A DNA stretch of 64,000 bases from an uncultured Alphaproteobacteria bacterium (GCA_905234185.1 CAJOGC010000002.1:103949-167948), one strand, 5' to 3'; positions 17,790 to 27,711 are shown, numbered from the stretch's first letter. The notes: generated by a model from the sequence alone, not told the origin. Numbers and translations are program-made.

Positions 17790-19364
17790 TTAATGCTTGT
17801 GTTTCTTTGCTGCGGCGATGAATGCGTTAAACATCGGGTGGCCGGTGTATGGGCTGCTTTGGAACTCTGGATGGAATTGTCCGGCAATAAAGAACGGATG
17901 GTTTTTCAATTCCACTATTTCCGGCAGGCGTCCGTCGGGACTGCGTCCCGAAATTATCATGCCCGCGTCCGCGAATTGCTTTTCGTATTCTATATTCATC
18001 TCGTACCGATGACGGTGCCGTTCCGAAATATGTTCCGCGCCCCAAATACTGTGCGCCAGTGTCCCCGGCGTAATGTCGCACGGATACGCGCCCAATCGCA
18101 ATGTTCCCCCCATATTTTTCGAATCGTGATCTGCCATAATGCCAATCACTGGGGTGCAATTCTTGTTAAACTCGGTCGAATCGGCATCCGCAATGCCCAA
18201 AACATTACGCGCAAATTCAATGACGGCAACCTGCATCCCCAGGCATATACCCATATATGGCACGCCGTTTTCACGCGCATAACCCGCCGCGGCAATTTTA
18301 CCCGCGACCCCGCGCGAACCGAACCCGCCGGGCACCAAGATTCCGTCAACATCGCTACACGTTTCCGGTGTGAATTCTTCGGCATTTATCTTTTTAATCT
18401 TTACATGCACATTGTTTTGGATGCCGGCGTGAAACAGTGCCTCGTTCAGCGATTTATACGCATCCGGCACATGAAAGTATTTTCCCACCATGCCGATTGT
18501 GACCGTCGGCAAATCCGCATCCAGGTAATGTTCAATCCGCCGAAACCTGTCCATATTGCCCGCGGCGTTTGGCAAACCAAAATGGTCGGCAATTATATCA
18601 AAGACATGTTGTGCGTCATATGCCAATGGAATCTTGTAAATATTATCAACATCAATGCCACTAATTACATTCTGCGCCGGCAAATTACAGAACATACCGA
18701 TTTTTGCGCGTTCATCCGGTTCCAACATGCGCGGTGTTCGCACGATTAGCATATCTGCCTGAATCCCGTTTTCAAGTAAGTTCCGCACCGACATTTGTGT
18801 TGGTTTTGTCTTTAATTCGCCACTTTTTTCCAAATATGGTGCCAATGTTAAATGAATAAACATAACATTGCGGCGACCAACATCGTTCGCAAATTGACGG
18901 ATTGATTCCAAAAATATCTTGCCCTCGATATCGCCCACCGTTCCGCCGATTTCACAGACAACGAAATCAGTATCGGTTGGTGCGGAAATATATTCTTTTA
19001 TCTTATTACTGACGTGCGGAATCATTTGCACTGTCGCGCCCAGATAATCGCCGCGTCGTTCCGCATTTAGAACATCCCAATATATGCGCCCACCAGACAC
19101 AGAATCGGCGCGACCCAATTTTGCACCCAAAAACCGTTCGTAATATCCCAGATCCAAGTCCGTTTCAAAACCGTCGTTTGTCACATAAACCTCGCCATGC
19201 TGAAACGGGGACATTGTGCCCGGGTCTATATTCAAATAAGGGTCAAATTTTCGCGCATGAACGGTATATCCGCGCGATTGTAAAAGGGCGCCACAACTTG
19301 CCGCCGCGACGCCCTTGCCTAAACTGGAAACCACACCACCGGTAATGAATATATATTTCGCCAT
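17790..19364 (-). CDS. pyrG: CTP synthase
   Basis: N-terminal synthetase domain (IFITGGVVSSLGKG) and C-terminal glutamine amidotransferase domain (GICLGMQ). Confidence 0.9.
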   Translation of the reverse strand: MAKYIFITGGVVSSLGKGVAAASCGALLQSRGYTVHARKFDPYLNIDPGTMSPFQHGEVYVTNDGFETDLDLGYYERFLGAKLGRADSVSGGRIYWDVLNAERRGDYLGATVQMIPHVSNKIKEYISAPTDTDFVVCEIGGTVGDIEGKIFLESIRQFANDVGRRNVMFIHLTLAPYLEKSGELKTKPTQMSVRNLLENGIQADMLIVRTPRMLEPDERAKIGMFCNLPAQNVISGIDVDNIYKIPLAYDAQHVFDIIADHFGLPNAAGNMDRFRRIEHYLDADLPTVTIGMVGKYFHVPDAYKSLNEALFHAGIQNNVHVKIKKINAEEFTPETCSDVDGILVPGGFGSRGVAGKIAAAGYARENGVPYMGICLGMQVAVIEFARNVLGIADADSTEFNKNCTPVIGIMADHDSKNMGGTLRLGAYPCDITPGTLAHSIWGAEHISERHRHRYEMNIEYEKQFADAGMIISGRSPDGRLPEIVELKNHPFFIAGQFHPEFQSSPYTGHPMFNAFIAAAKKHKH

Positions 19365-19444
19365 AAGAACACCTTTCCTTATGGACTTTTATCATAGGAA
19401 AAATATCGTTGCGATGCAATCAAATAAAATCCTATACTGGAACT

Positions 19445-21376
19445 ATGAATGAAACATTGGAAAATCAACGGCCTAATCTGTTTTTGTGGGTGCCATTTGT
19501 AATGGCGGCGGGGGCGGCGTTATATTTTTCGTGTTCGCATGAACCGAAACTGCCGTTTTGTTGGTTGTTTGCTATTATTACATTTTGCGCCGCGGCGTTT
19601 TTGCGCACGCCAATCATTATTCGCGGAATATTACTTTTTGTTTTTGGTTTTTGTTATGCGAACGCTTACACAAATATGCTTGATACACCAATTATGCCAC
19701 GCGACATGCACGATATAAGTATTACTGGTCGCATTACGGCAATTGACCATACACCCGACAAAGCCAGAATTTTTATTCGTGTGCCAAACCCAGTCCTTAA
19801 TATAAAAGCGAATGGCGATTCAATTGTTCGTGTTTCTGTTGAACTGGATACTGTTCCGAAACCAGGCGACATAATATCAACAACCGCGACACTGTTCACG
19901 CCAACCCCACCAGACATATATGGCGGGTTCGACTTTGCACGATGGGCATATTTCAACGGAATTACCGCGACGGGATATGCGGACAATATAACAATATCAT
20001 CGAACGGCACAACAAATAATATTCGTGATTGGTTGCACAATAAATCAGATTCCATATTAGTGGACAGTTTAGTACTGGGGTATAAAAACACTTTACCAAA
20101 GGCGGAACGCGCAACTTGGGTGTCCGCCGGTGTCGGACACATTTGGTCAATAAGTGGTTTTCATATGACATTAATCGGTGGTTGGCTGTTTGCGATTTTC
20201 TATTTTATATTTCGTTGCATACCGTCCGTTGTTCGTCGCATACCGGCACGACACATTGCGGCAATATTCGCATGGATTGGCGTTATGATTTATTTATTCG
20301 TATCAGGCATGGGGGTTGCAACAATTCGCGCCTTTTTAATGGCAACGTTATTAATGGTCGCCGCGATTATGGGACGGTCCGCTTTTTCATTACGCAATGT
20401 ATGCTTGGTGTTTTGTTTAATATTTTTGATAAACCCATATTATGTGATGACCGCCGGTTTTCAATTATCGTTTTCCGCAATATTCGGATTGGTATGGTTT
20501 TGGACCGTGGTTAACCCAAAACTGCCTGAAAATAGAATATTGCGCACATTGTGCACCGCTGTTTTGACAGCGACAATCGCATCACTTTTTACTGCACCAT
20601 TTGTCGCATTGCATTTTTATTCGGTACCATTATACAGCATTATTGGCAACCTGGTCTTGTTACCAATATTTTCATTTGTAATAATGCCGCTGGTAATAAT
20701 TGGATCACTGCTTGCATTATTTAATGTTTATTTTCCATTACATATCGCGGATTATGCTTACCATTGGGCGCTGGACATTGCGAATCACATATCACATTTG
20801 CCGTTTGCAACAATGACACCGGCACATGTTTCCAACACTGCAATTTGTTTTATCGTTTTTGGCATGATGTGCATCGTTTTTGTTCGCCCGGTCCGGCTAA
20901 AGATTAATTATATTCTAGGTGCAATTTTTATCTTAATCGGCACAATTATTGTTGCCGCAACCCCACGACCTGTTTTCTTTGCGACACCGGATCACGAACT
21001 GGTTGGTGTTGTACAAAATGGTGAAATATTATTTAACAAATCACGCGCATCAAACCACTATTTTGCATTTGATATATGGAAACATTTAACCAACAGCGAT
21101 ATAAATACACAAAACAATCGTGCAAAACATAATCGCGGATTGTATATCTTTGAAACGCCGAAATATAAAATTGCATATATACAGAAATTCACAGCATTAC
21201 AAAATAACATCGCTAAACTTTGCGACGATGAAAATATAGATTTTATAGTTTCATATCTGGAAATAAATGGCGACCGTTGTGCAAACAAGATTTTGCATGG
21301 TGGTTTTACAATTTATGAAAACGGGAAAATTATTTATGTACCGACATCTCGTCGTTGGAATAATCTGCACCAATAA
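19445..21376 (+). CDS. comEC: ComEC/Rec2-family DNA internalization membrane protein
   Basis: DUF4131-like N-terminal region plus a competence domain (WVSAGVGHIWSISGFHMTLIGG). Polytopic. The start is placed at the ATG at 19445; the track begins at a TTG at 19409. Confidence 0.7.
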   Translation: MNETLENQRPNLFLWVPFVMAAGAALYFSCSHEPKLPFCWLFAIITFCAAAFLRTPIIIRGILLFVFGFCYANAYTNMLDTPIMPRDMHDISITGRITAIDHTPDKARIFIRVPNPVLNIKANGDSIVRVSVELDTVPKPGDIISTTATLFTPTPPDIYGGFDFARWAYFNGITATGYADNITISSNGTTNNIRDWLHNKSDSILVDSLVLGYKNTLPKAERATWVSAGVGHIWSISGFHMTLIGGWLFAIFYFIFRCIPSVVRRIPARHIAAIFAWIGVMIYLFVSGMGVATIRAFLMATLLMVAAIMGRSAFSLRNVCLVFCLIFLINPYYVMTAGFQLSFSAIFGLVWFWTVVNPKLPENRILRTLCTAVLTATIASLFTAPFVALHFYSVPLYSIIGNLVLLPIFSFVIMPLVIIGSLLALFNVYFPLHIADYAYHWALDIANHISHLPFATMTPAHVSNTAICFIVFGMMCIVFVRPVRLKINYILGAIFILIGTIIVAATPRPVFFATPDHELVGVVQNGEILFNKSRASNHYFAFDIWKHLTNSDINTQNNRAKHNRGLYIFETPKYKIAYIQKFTALQNNIAKLCDDENIDFIVSYLEINGDRCANKILHGGFTIYENGKIIYVPTSRRWNNLHQ

Positions 21377-22088
21377 AATACAGACCCGATGCCGGTGCGG
21401 TCGGTCCCGCCGCACTACGATTTTTCGCTTTCAGAACCTTTTCAATATCATATGGTTTACCAATACCAATTTCAACCAGTGTTCCAACCATATTACGAAC
21501 CATGTGATGCAAAAATGACCGCGCAGAAAATTCAAAAATAATTTCATCGCCACGACGCGTGATTTTACATTCGTCCAATGTTTTTATTGGGGACTTTGCC
21601 TGACACTCCGATGCGCGAAAACTTGAAAAATCATGTTTACCAATTAACTTTGCGCCCGCGCGTTTCATTGCCGCAACATTTAATTTACGTGGCACCCACC
21701 AAACACGATTTTTATCCAGCACCGGCATTGCCGAACGATTCAGCACGATATAAATGTAATGTCGTTTGATACAATCAAACCGTGCATTAAAATTGTTTGC
21801 AGCAACTTCACAATCCAAAACCGACACCGGCTTATTCACCAAGTAGAAGTTCAAAGCACGCATAACCGTATTCGCGTCCCGCTTACCTTTTAAATCAAAG
21901 TGCGCAACCATTGCAATCGCATGAACCCCTGCATCGGTCCGCCCCGCGCCAACAATATCGGGGCGTTCACCACAAAATGCAAAAATTGCATCGGACAGAA
22001 TTGATTGCACAGACGGCCCCTGGCGGTTTTCCTGCCACCCTATTAAATCTGTACCATCGTATTCCAAGATTACTTTATATCGTGTCAT
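21330..22088 (-). CDS. truA: tRNA pseudouridine(38-40) synthase
   Basis: RYKVILEYDGTDLIGWQ and GAGRTDAGVHA catalytic Asp motif. Confidence 0.85.
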   Translation of the reverse strand: MTRYKVILEYDGTDLIGWQENRQGPSVQSILSDAIFAFCGERPDIVGAGRTDAGVHAIAMVAHFDLKGKRDANTVMRALNFYLVNKPVSVLDCEVAANNFNARFDCIKRHYIYIVLNRSAMPVLDKNRVWWVPRKLNVAAMKRAGAKLIGKHDFSSFRASECQAKSPIKTLDECKITRRGDEIIFEFSARSFLHHMVRNMVGTLVEIGIGKPYDIEKVLKAKNRSAAGPTAPASGLYFIGADYSNDEMSVHK

Positions 22089-22312
22089 CTTTGGCCATTA
22101 TAGTATTCGCATTTACTGCACCTCATTCGTTGCAGAAATTTTAGATCTATCTGATACTTAGCAGACAACTTGTATATATCACATGTTGAACATTTGTCGC
22201 CAAAACATGATAGACACGGACAAATAGCACCATTTGAACCATTTAATAAATTTGCGTATTCTTCCGCTGTTGCATTGCGACAAAACTGCAAACAATCAAA
22301 ACTTTTTGACAT
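22085..22312 (-). CDS. Cys-rich small protein (75 aa, 10 Cys), hypothetical
   Basis: Tightly packed between fmt and truA on the same strand. Cx2C/CxC clusters. Confidence 0.4.
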   Translation of the reverse strand: MSKSFDCLQFCRNATAEEYANLLNGSNGAICPCLSCFGDKCSTCDIYKLSAKYQIDLKFLQRMRCSKCEYYNGQR

Positions 22313-22329
22313 TCTTAATTCCCGCGGCT

Positions 22330-22611
22330 TTATCTTAATTTACCATTCTTTTTATATTGCGCCATACATTTAACACACCTGTCGCCACCGCCATATATCA
22401 GCCAATCTGGGTAATCACAATTTTTACAAAGAATTTTACTTGTTGCACCACAAGTAAGACATTTACACGCACCCGTGCCATATGCGATATAGGCTTCCCC
22501 ATTTTGTGGTTCATGATAAAATGGTTTTAGTGGGTCACCATTAAATTCAGATTCACAGACCCATTTCCCTTGATACGCACACCAAAAATCACGTCCTATG
22601 TCCAAACTCAT
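22330..22611 (-). CDS. Cys-rich small protein (93 aa, 9 Cys), hypothetical
   Basis: Starts 4 nt after the fmt stop. CKCLTCG, CKNC and CVKC clusters. Confidence 0.4.
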   Translation of the reverse strand: MSLDIGRDFWCAYQGKWVCESEFNGDPLKPFYHEPQNGEAYIAYGTGACKCLTCGATSKILCKNCDYPDWLIYGGGDRCVKCMAQYKKNGKLR

Positions 22612-22614
22612 TTT

Positions 22615-23451
22615 TTATTCCCCTATCTTTACTTCTGCGCCATGCAGACCATTTACAAAACTTTTCCAATCCATCGGTTTTTTACCGGCTGGCTGGACGG
22701 TTAATATTCTCAACTCGCCATTATCTACTTTGGTTTCCAAAATCTTGGCATCGATGCCGTTTATCTTTGTCCGACCGGCCCCCAGTGCACGAATCTGGTT
22801 GTGAATTGCACGCGCGTCGCGCGACCAATCAATAATTTCATCGTCACCCGTAAATTTACGCGTAAATGTTGCATCGCCTGTCTGTGCCACTGGTTTATAT
22901 TTTTCCGGCGTGTCCAGGTATTCAACCAACATTTTTGCGCCGATTTCCGAAACGCGTTTTTCCACTGTTTCGTTGGTGTCGTTTTCATCGATTTCAAATG
23001 GGGTTCGCATAAGGATTGGTCCCGCATCCATTTCCGCGACCAGTTGCATTAAACACACCGCACTTTCCGTATCGCCATTATAAATCGCCGTGCGTATTGG
23101 TGACGGGCCACGATATTTTGGTAAATCACTTGGGTGAATATTAATAATTGGTGCGGAATTTAATACATTATCACAAAGAATCACGCCATAGGAAACAACC
23201 ACAACCATATCTATTTTTGATTTCTGATTTTCGATTTCTGATTGTAATTCATCATATTGTTTTATTGATGTAAAAACACGCAACCCATGTTCGTTTGCCC
23301 ATAAATGCACTGGCGACGGGGTTAATACCTGTTTGCGTCCAACTGGTTTTGGCGCGCGCGTAAATACCGCGACAATTTCATGCCCCGATAAACACACCGC
23401 TTCAAAGATTGGAACAACAAAATCATTTGTTCCCATTAATATCAGTTTCAT
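22615..23451 (-). CDS. fmt: methionyl-tRNA formyltransferase
   Basis: N-terminal formyltransferase fold (ILMGTNDFVVPIFEAV...VVVSYG) downstream of def. The start overlaps the def stop. Confidence 0.8.
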   Translation of the reverse strand: MKLILMGTNDFVVPIFEAVCLSGHEIVAVFTRAPKPVGRKQVLTPSPVHLWANEHGLRVFTSIKQYDELQSEIENQKSKIDMVVVVSYGVILCDNVLNSAPIINIHPSDLPKYRGPSPIRTAIYNGDTESAVCLMQLVAEMDAGPILMRTPFEIDENDTNETVEKRVSEIGAKMLVEYLDTPEKYKPVAQTGDATFTRKFTGDDEIIDWSRDARAIHNQIRALGAGRTKINGIDAKILETKVDNGELRILTVQPAGKKPMDWKSFVNGLHGAEVKIGE

Positions 23452-23951
23452 TTTTTATGCTTCCGTACCTTGCGCATAACCATTTCGCGTTTTACCGGCG
23501 AAAGGTAATCTATAAATAGTATCCCGTCCAAATGATCCGTTTCATGTTGCACGATTCGTGCGGGCAACCCCGACATATGTGCCGCCATTTGTTTCCCATT
23601 TTCGTCCATCCATTCAACATCCACAGACGATGGTCGCGTCACATCGGCAAAGACCGGCAAATCATCGGGGCCCAATACCGACAGACACCCTTCCTCCATA
23701 GAAACGACATCATCACTTTTCATAACAATTTTTGGATTAATCATTTTGAATATTTCTTCGGTATCTGGGTTCATCATAACCAGGAATCTTTTTGTAATAT
23801 TAACCTGGGGCGCGGCAAGTCCAACGCCATTTTGTTCGCGCATCATTTGTACCATTTCGTCCATGGCACGCAAAATATCGGGGGTTATTTCACCCACGGG
23901 CGCGCATTTTTCACGCAGAACCAAATCGCCACAAAGTTTCATTTGCAACAT
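23448..23951 (-). CDS. def: peptide deformylase
   Basis: GVGLAAPQV, EGCLS and QHETDHLDG motifs. Confidence 0.9.
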   Translation of the reverse strand: MLQMKLCGDLVLREKCAPVGEITPDILRAMDEMVQMMREQNGVGLAAPQVNITKRFLVMMNPDTEEIFKMINPKIVMKSDDVVSMEEGCLSVLGPDDLPVFADVTRPSSVDVEWMDENGKQMAAHMSGLPARIVQHETDHLDGILFIDYLSPVKREMVMRKVRKHKK

Positions 23952-23993
23952 TTATAAAACCTCTTATAATGAATGATAGCAAAGGATTACCAA

Positions 23994-24863
23994 ATGACAA
24001 CCTATATTTTAATATTGCTTGGATTAATTGTAATTATGCTGCTTATCCTGCTTTTTCGCCGTCCAACGGTGGATATTTCGGGTCTGCGCGAAGACAATGC
24101 CCGTCTGCGTGAACGCTTGGCGGAACGCCTGGGCGCACTGTCGCAAAACGCAATTGAATTAAAGAACATCAGTGCCGATATCGCGAATTTCAAAAATATA
24201 CTTATGGGCAACAAACAGGCGCGTGGAACATTTGGTGAACGTCAGTTGGCGGATATTGTGACCGACATTATGCCACCAGAAACCTATGATTTTCAGCACG
24301 TTTTGCCAACCGGCGTTCGTCCCGATTGCATTATTCGCCTGCCGTATCCGCCGGGGGATATGATTATTGACAGCAAGTTTCCACTGGAATCATACAACCG
24401 CATGGTCGCGGGCGATGACGGTGCCAAGAAGCAATTTGAATTAGATGTTCGTAAGCATATTGATGCAATTGGCGAAAAATACATTATTTCCGGCACAACT
24501 GCGGAATCGGCGATGATGTTTATTGCATCGGAATCTATATTTGAATCATTGCACCGCGATTTTCCGGCGACGATTGACTATGCCGCGCGTCGTAAAGTAT
24601 TCATTGTTTCGCCATCAACATTATGGGCGACATTGAACACAATTCGTGCGGTATTATCCGACATAAAAATCAAACGCGTTGCCGCCCAGATAAAAAAAGA
24701 ATTGGAATACTTGATTGCTGATCTGGACCGTCTGTCTAAACGCGCGGGGGCAATTGATCAACATTTCGCATCGGCGCAAAAAGACCTTGATGAATTACAA
24801 ACATCTATTGGAAAAATTGCACCGCGCGCCGAAAAGATTCGCGAACTTGATTTCGGGGAATAA
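23994..24863 (+). CDS. rmuC: DNA recombination protein RmuC
   Basis: N-terminal TM, coiled coil and C-terminal RmuC nuclease-like region (PDCIIRLP...DSKFPLE). Start at the ATG with an AAGGA SD. Confidence 0.7.
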   Translation: MTTYILILLGLIVIMLLILLFRRPTVDISGLREDNARLRERLAERLGALSQNAIELKNISADIANFKNILMGNKQARGTFGERQLADIVTDIMPPETYDFQHVLPTGVRPDCIIRLPYPPGDMIIDSKFPLESYNRMVAGDDGAKKQFELDVRKHIDAIGEKYIISGTTAESAMMFIASESIFESLHRDFPATIDYAARRKVFIVSPSTLWATLNTIRAVLSDIKIKRVAAQIKKELEYLIADLDRLSKRAGAIDQHFASAQKDLDELQTSIGKIAPRAEKIRELDFGE

Positions 24864-24865
24864 CC

Positions 24866-25010
24866 GCAATGTCATCCCCGCGCAGGCGGGGATCCACTGC
24901 GCCGCAGGCACTATAAATTTGTCACTGCGCGGCAATGGATACCGGCCTTCGCCGGTATGACCCAAAGAGTGGATTGTCATTGCGAACAATGCGAAACAAT
25001 CCAGTATTTT
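24866..25010. repeat. cluster of short palindromic repeat modules (RPE-like)
   Basis: Hairpins atccccgcgcaggcggggat and ataccggccttcgccggtat. The module tgtcattgcgaacaatgcgaaacaatcc resembles cattgcgagggagcatagcgaccgcggcaatcc at 17448-17482, and tgtcatccccgcg resembles 27104-27125. Confidence 0.5.
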
Positions 25011-25621
25011 TATTTCTCAATTCGACAACCAGTTTTTCGGTCAATCCACACCTGTTCACCGGCCAATTTCATTATCGGCATATCGGACGAACTGTCGGAA
25101 TAGGAACGCACCACAACCGGCGCAACTTTATTTTTCTGGGCCCATTTGTTTAATGCAACAACTTTATTTTTGTTATAGCACAGAAAATGATATTTCCATG
25201 GGTATTTCGCATACATTTCGGAACAAATAACATCGTCAAATTCCATGTCCGCCACCAATGGCCGCAACAGGTAATTTGGCGATGCCGAAATTAATAAAAC
25301 AATGTTTCCCGCCGCGCGTTCTGCGGCAACCCTTTCCGCCGCCCACCCAAAGCGATTTAATTTGTGTTGTTTGATGAAACCGGGGCCCAGGCGTTTAACC
25401 ATTTTTGCATTGATAAAACGACGTCCTATCTCTCGCCACCACTTTGCGTTTGGTGCAAAATGCCGAAACGACATTCCGAACGCGGTCAATGGCAAAAACA
25501 GCCACGCACGAAAACTGTGCCGAAAACAGTATTTACCAAATTCATAATTTGCATCGTGCGCCGACAACGTCCCATCAAAGTCAAAAATAACAACATTAAC
25601 TTTCTTTGCTTTACTTGGCAT
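25010..25621 (-). CDS. HAD-superfamily hydrolase
   Basis: Motif I VVIFDFDGTL near the N-terminus. The start is adjusted to MPSKAKK. Confidence 0.6.
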   Translation of the reverse strand: MPSKAKKVNVVIFDFDGTLSAHDANYEFGKYCFRHSFRAWLFLPLTAFGMSFRHFAPNAKWWREIGRRFINAKMVKRLGPGFIKQHKLNRFGWAAERVAAERAAGNIVLLISASPNYLLRPLVADMEFDDVICSEMYAKYPWKYHFLCYNKNKVVALNKWAQKNKVAPVVVRSYSDSSSDMPIMKLAGEQVWIDRKTGCRIEK

Positions 25622-25701
25622 TTCGTGCTCCTTTACTTCTACGATTATAACAATATTTCGCACAACAGCAAATCTAAAAAACACCGACGCCCGCCGTCAC
25701 C

Positions 25702-25834
25702 ACTACCCCGCCTCGTTCCACTCGGCACCCTTTCACTGGAGTGAAGGGGAATTAAATTATCTGGAATCATATACCAGGTAATAAAAAATCCCCTTCATTG
25801 TATGAAGGGGTGGACGCGTAGCGGACGGGGTAGT
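25702..25834. mobile_element. MITE family 1, copy 2
   Basis: actaccccgcc...tctggaatcatata...ccccttcattgtatgaagggg...gacggggtagt. The TIRs are reverse complements. Confidence 0.65.
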
Positions 25835-25883
25835 GATGAACCAGAGTGTAGCATTCCCCCTTTAACGAATACAACAAATTGGA

Positions 25884-26768
25884 TTATTCATCCACACCGT
25901 AAATAAAATCGCCTGTGCCGGAATTACCATAAAACTTCTGTCCAACAACATCCCACATGCCATTTGCCGGAACCGTATAATTACCAATCACCATACCGGC
26001 GGGGACCGGAATAAAGTGTCCCAACAAAGTATCACCATTATATATCACAACATCATACCAATTCATCGTTCGTGACCAATATTCATCCCACCACGAACCA
26101 AAAACAATTGTATCTTCACCAGTTGCGACATAATTAATATCAAATGTTTGTTTAGTTCGTTCTTTGAATTGTGCACATGTTAAATCAGGAAAAACACGTA
26201 ATAATCTTGGGGCCCTATTATTCAACGACACTATACCACTGCTATAAGTTATGTAATTTGTCCCCAAAACGTTAGGGAAGGCACTACTACTGGCAAAAAA
26301 CATTGCGCGGTCTTCATAGCCTCTTGGTGGCGTTTCTATGTGTCTGTATCCAACTGTAAAAACGACCCTGCTGGAATCCAACCAATTTACACCTGTATCT
26401 ATATTATTTAAATACCCGTTTGTTACATCGTTTTGTATTTTCAAATACACATCGTCGTCCGCACCAACCAGACAATCACCAACAAACCAATGATGCCCCA
26501 CGTGTGTCTTGGTGCCAATGCATGCACTGTATACAGCATTATCATACATAACATGCAATGTATTTGTCAGATTTTTTCGAACCATTGGTATATGATAAAC
26601 ACTGCCGTTATCGGTCATTATATTAAAAGATGGCATTCCGAACTTTTCAGCATGTGCCGGTATGGACGCATTACCAATGCGCAATGCATAGCCCCAACAA
26701 ATTGTTGGTGCCAATATCAATAAAAATATTACTAATATTTTTCTCAACCCCGAATTCCCCAACCGCAA
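25884..26768 (-). CDS. secreted hypothetical protein (294 aa) with signal peptide
   Basis: Has a hydrophobic N-terminus with an ...ICWGYA cleavage-like site and is rich in Tyr/Asn/Gly. Repeats flank it on both sides. The start codon is uncertain (TTG). Confidence 0.5.
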   Translation of the reverse strand: MRLGNSGLRKILVIFLLILAPTICWGYALRIGNASIPAHAEKFGMPSFNIMTDNGSVYHIPMVRKNLTNTLHVMYDNAVYSACIGTKTHVGHHWFVGDCLVGADDDVYLKIQNDVTNGYLNNIDTGVNWLDSSRVVFTVGYRHIETPPRGYEDRAMFFASSSAFPNVLGTNYITYSSGIVSLNNRAPRLLRVFPDLTCAQFKERTKQTFDINYVATGEDTIVFGSWWDEYWSRTMNWYDVVIYNGDTLLGHFIPVPAGMVIGNYTVPANGMWDVVGQKFYGNSGTGDFIYGVDE

Positions 26769-26793
26769 AAAATAACCGTCAATCTGTGGACTG

Positions 26794-26992
26794 ACGGTCG
26801 GGGTGTTCGAAAATCATATACAACAATGACCCTGTGATTTTTACACCACAGCACCCCGACCTTTTATATCGGGGTTTGGTAACGACACAAATGCGTATGA
26901 TTTCTTAAGCGATTACGGACGCACTTGCACCGGTTGTATATGGGCTTTCGACGGCCCCGAACCTGTGCCACCACAGATTCATTTCTTATTAT
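26794..26992. repeat. R220 repeat, copy 2
   Basis: See copy 1. Hairpin arms ggtcggggtg (26797-26806) and caccccgacc (26852-26861). Confidence 0.6.
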
Positions 26993-27027
26993 AAAACATT
27001 TGGTATATTTTATGCAATATTAAAAAC

Positions 27028-27088
27028 ACTACCCCGTCACTTCGTGACACCCCTTCGCACGGCAAAGGGGATTTTTAGTATCTGGAAT
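27028..27088. mobile_element. MITE family 1, truncated copy 3 (left half only)
   Basis: actaccccgtcacttcgtgacaccccttcgcacggcaaaggggatttttagtatctggaat, then diverges into a tgtcatccctgcgatggatggga module. Confidence 0.5.
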
Positions 27089-27251
27089 ATGATTCCATAG
27101 AACTGTCATCCCTGCGATGGATGGGAATTATTACTTTTTCAATTTATCGGTTATTTTATTACGCAGGATTCCCCATACTGTTTGATAGATCTTGTGTAAG
27201 AGTATATGATGAATAACCCCATAAAAAATACCAGCATTTGCCGGTATTTTT

Positions 27252-27710
27252 TTATTTTTGTAATTCACGGCGGATGGCCATCAGGGTTTTTCCGATTCTG
27301 TTTTCGCCACTGCCGATTCCAAACCCACATTTATAGCAAACTGGGCATGCTTTTATCAAAATCGCATCGCCGGTACTTTTTAACAATTCTGCCGCGTCTG
27401 CATTTTGTTGAAACTTTGCATGCAATGCGTTTTCCATAATTTCAAATTTACGTTTATCAAAGTCCGCGCGACGATTGACTTTATATTCCGGTGTTTTTGT
27501 TATCAGACGGGCATCATCGGCATTTTTCATATTCAAAATCACATCAAAACGCGGGTCCGATGCGTAAAACTTCATTGCCTGGTAATAATGTTCCGCGGAC
27601 GGAAATACAAAATCGCGTCCATCAACATTCATTTTTATTGGGAACGATGCCAACGGTGATAAAAACCAGTATTCGCCCACTGGCGCACAAAATCGTATTT
27701 CCGTTGCCAT
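27252..27710 (-). CDS. NADAR-domain (YbiA-like) N-glycosidase family protein
   Basis: FPSAEHYYQAMKF...KFQQN...LLKSTGDAILIKACP...GFGIGSGENRIGKTLMAIR matches the DUF1768/NADAR pattern. Confidence 0.65.
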   Translation of the reverse strand: MATEIRFCAPVGEYWFLSPLASFPIKMNVDGRDFVFPSAEHYYQAMKFYASDPRFDVILNMKNADDARLITKTPEYKVNRRADFDKRKFEIMENALHAKFQQNADAAELLKSTGDAILIKACPVCYKCGFGIGSGENRIGKTLMAIRRELQK

Positions 27711-27711
27711 A

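Noticed and set aside
17676-18749. 357-aa ORF on the plus strand
   Set aside because: It lies entirely antisense within pyrG, which has unambiguous CTP synthase motifs. The translation is low-complexity and rich in R, C and H, as expected for an antisense frame of a GC-skewed gene.
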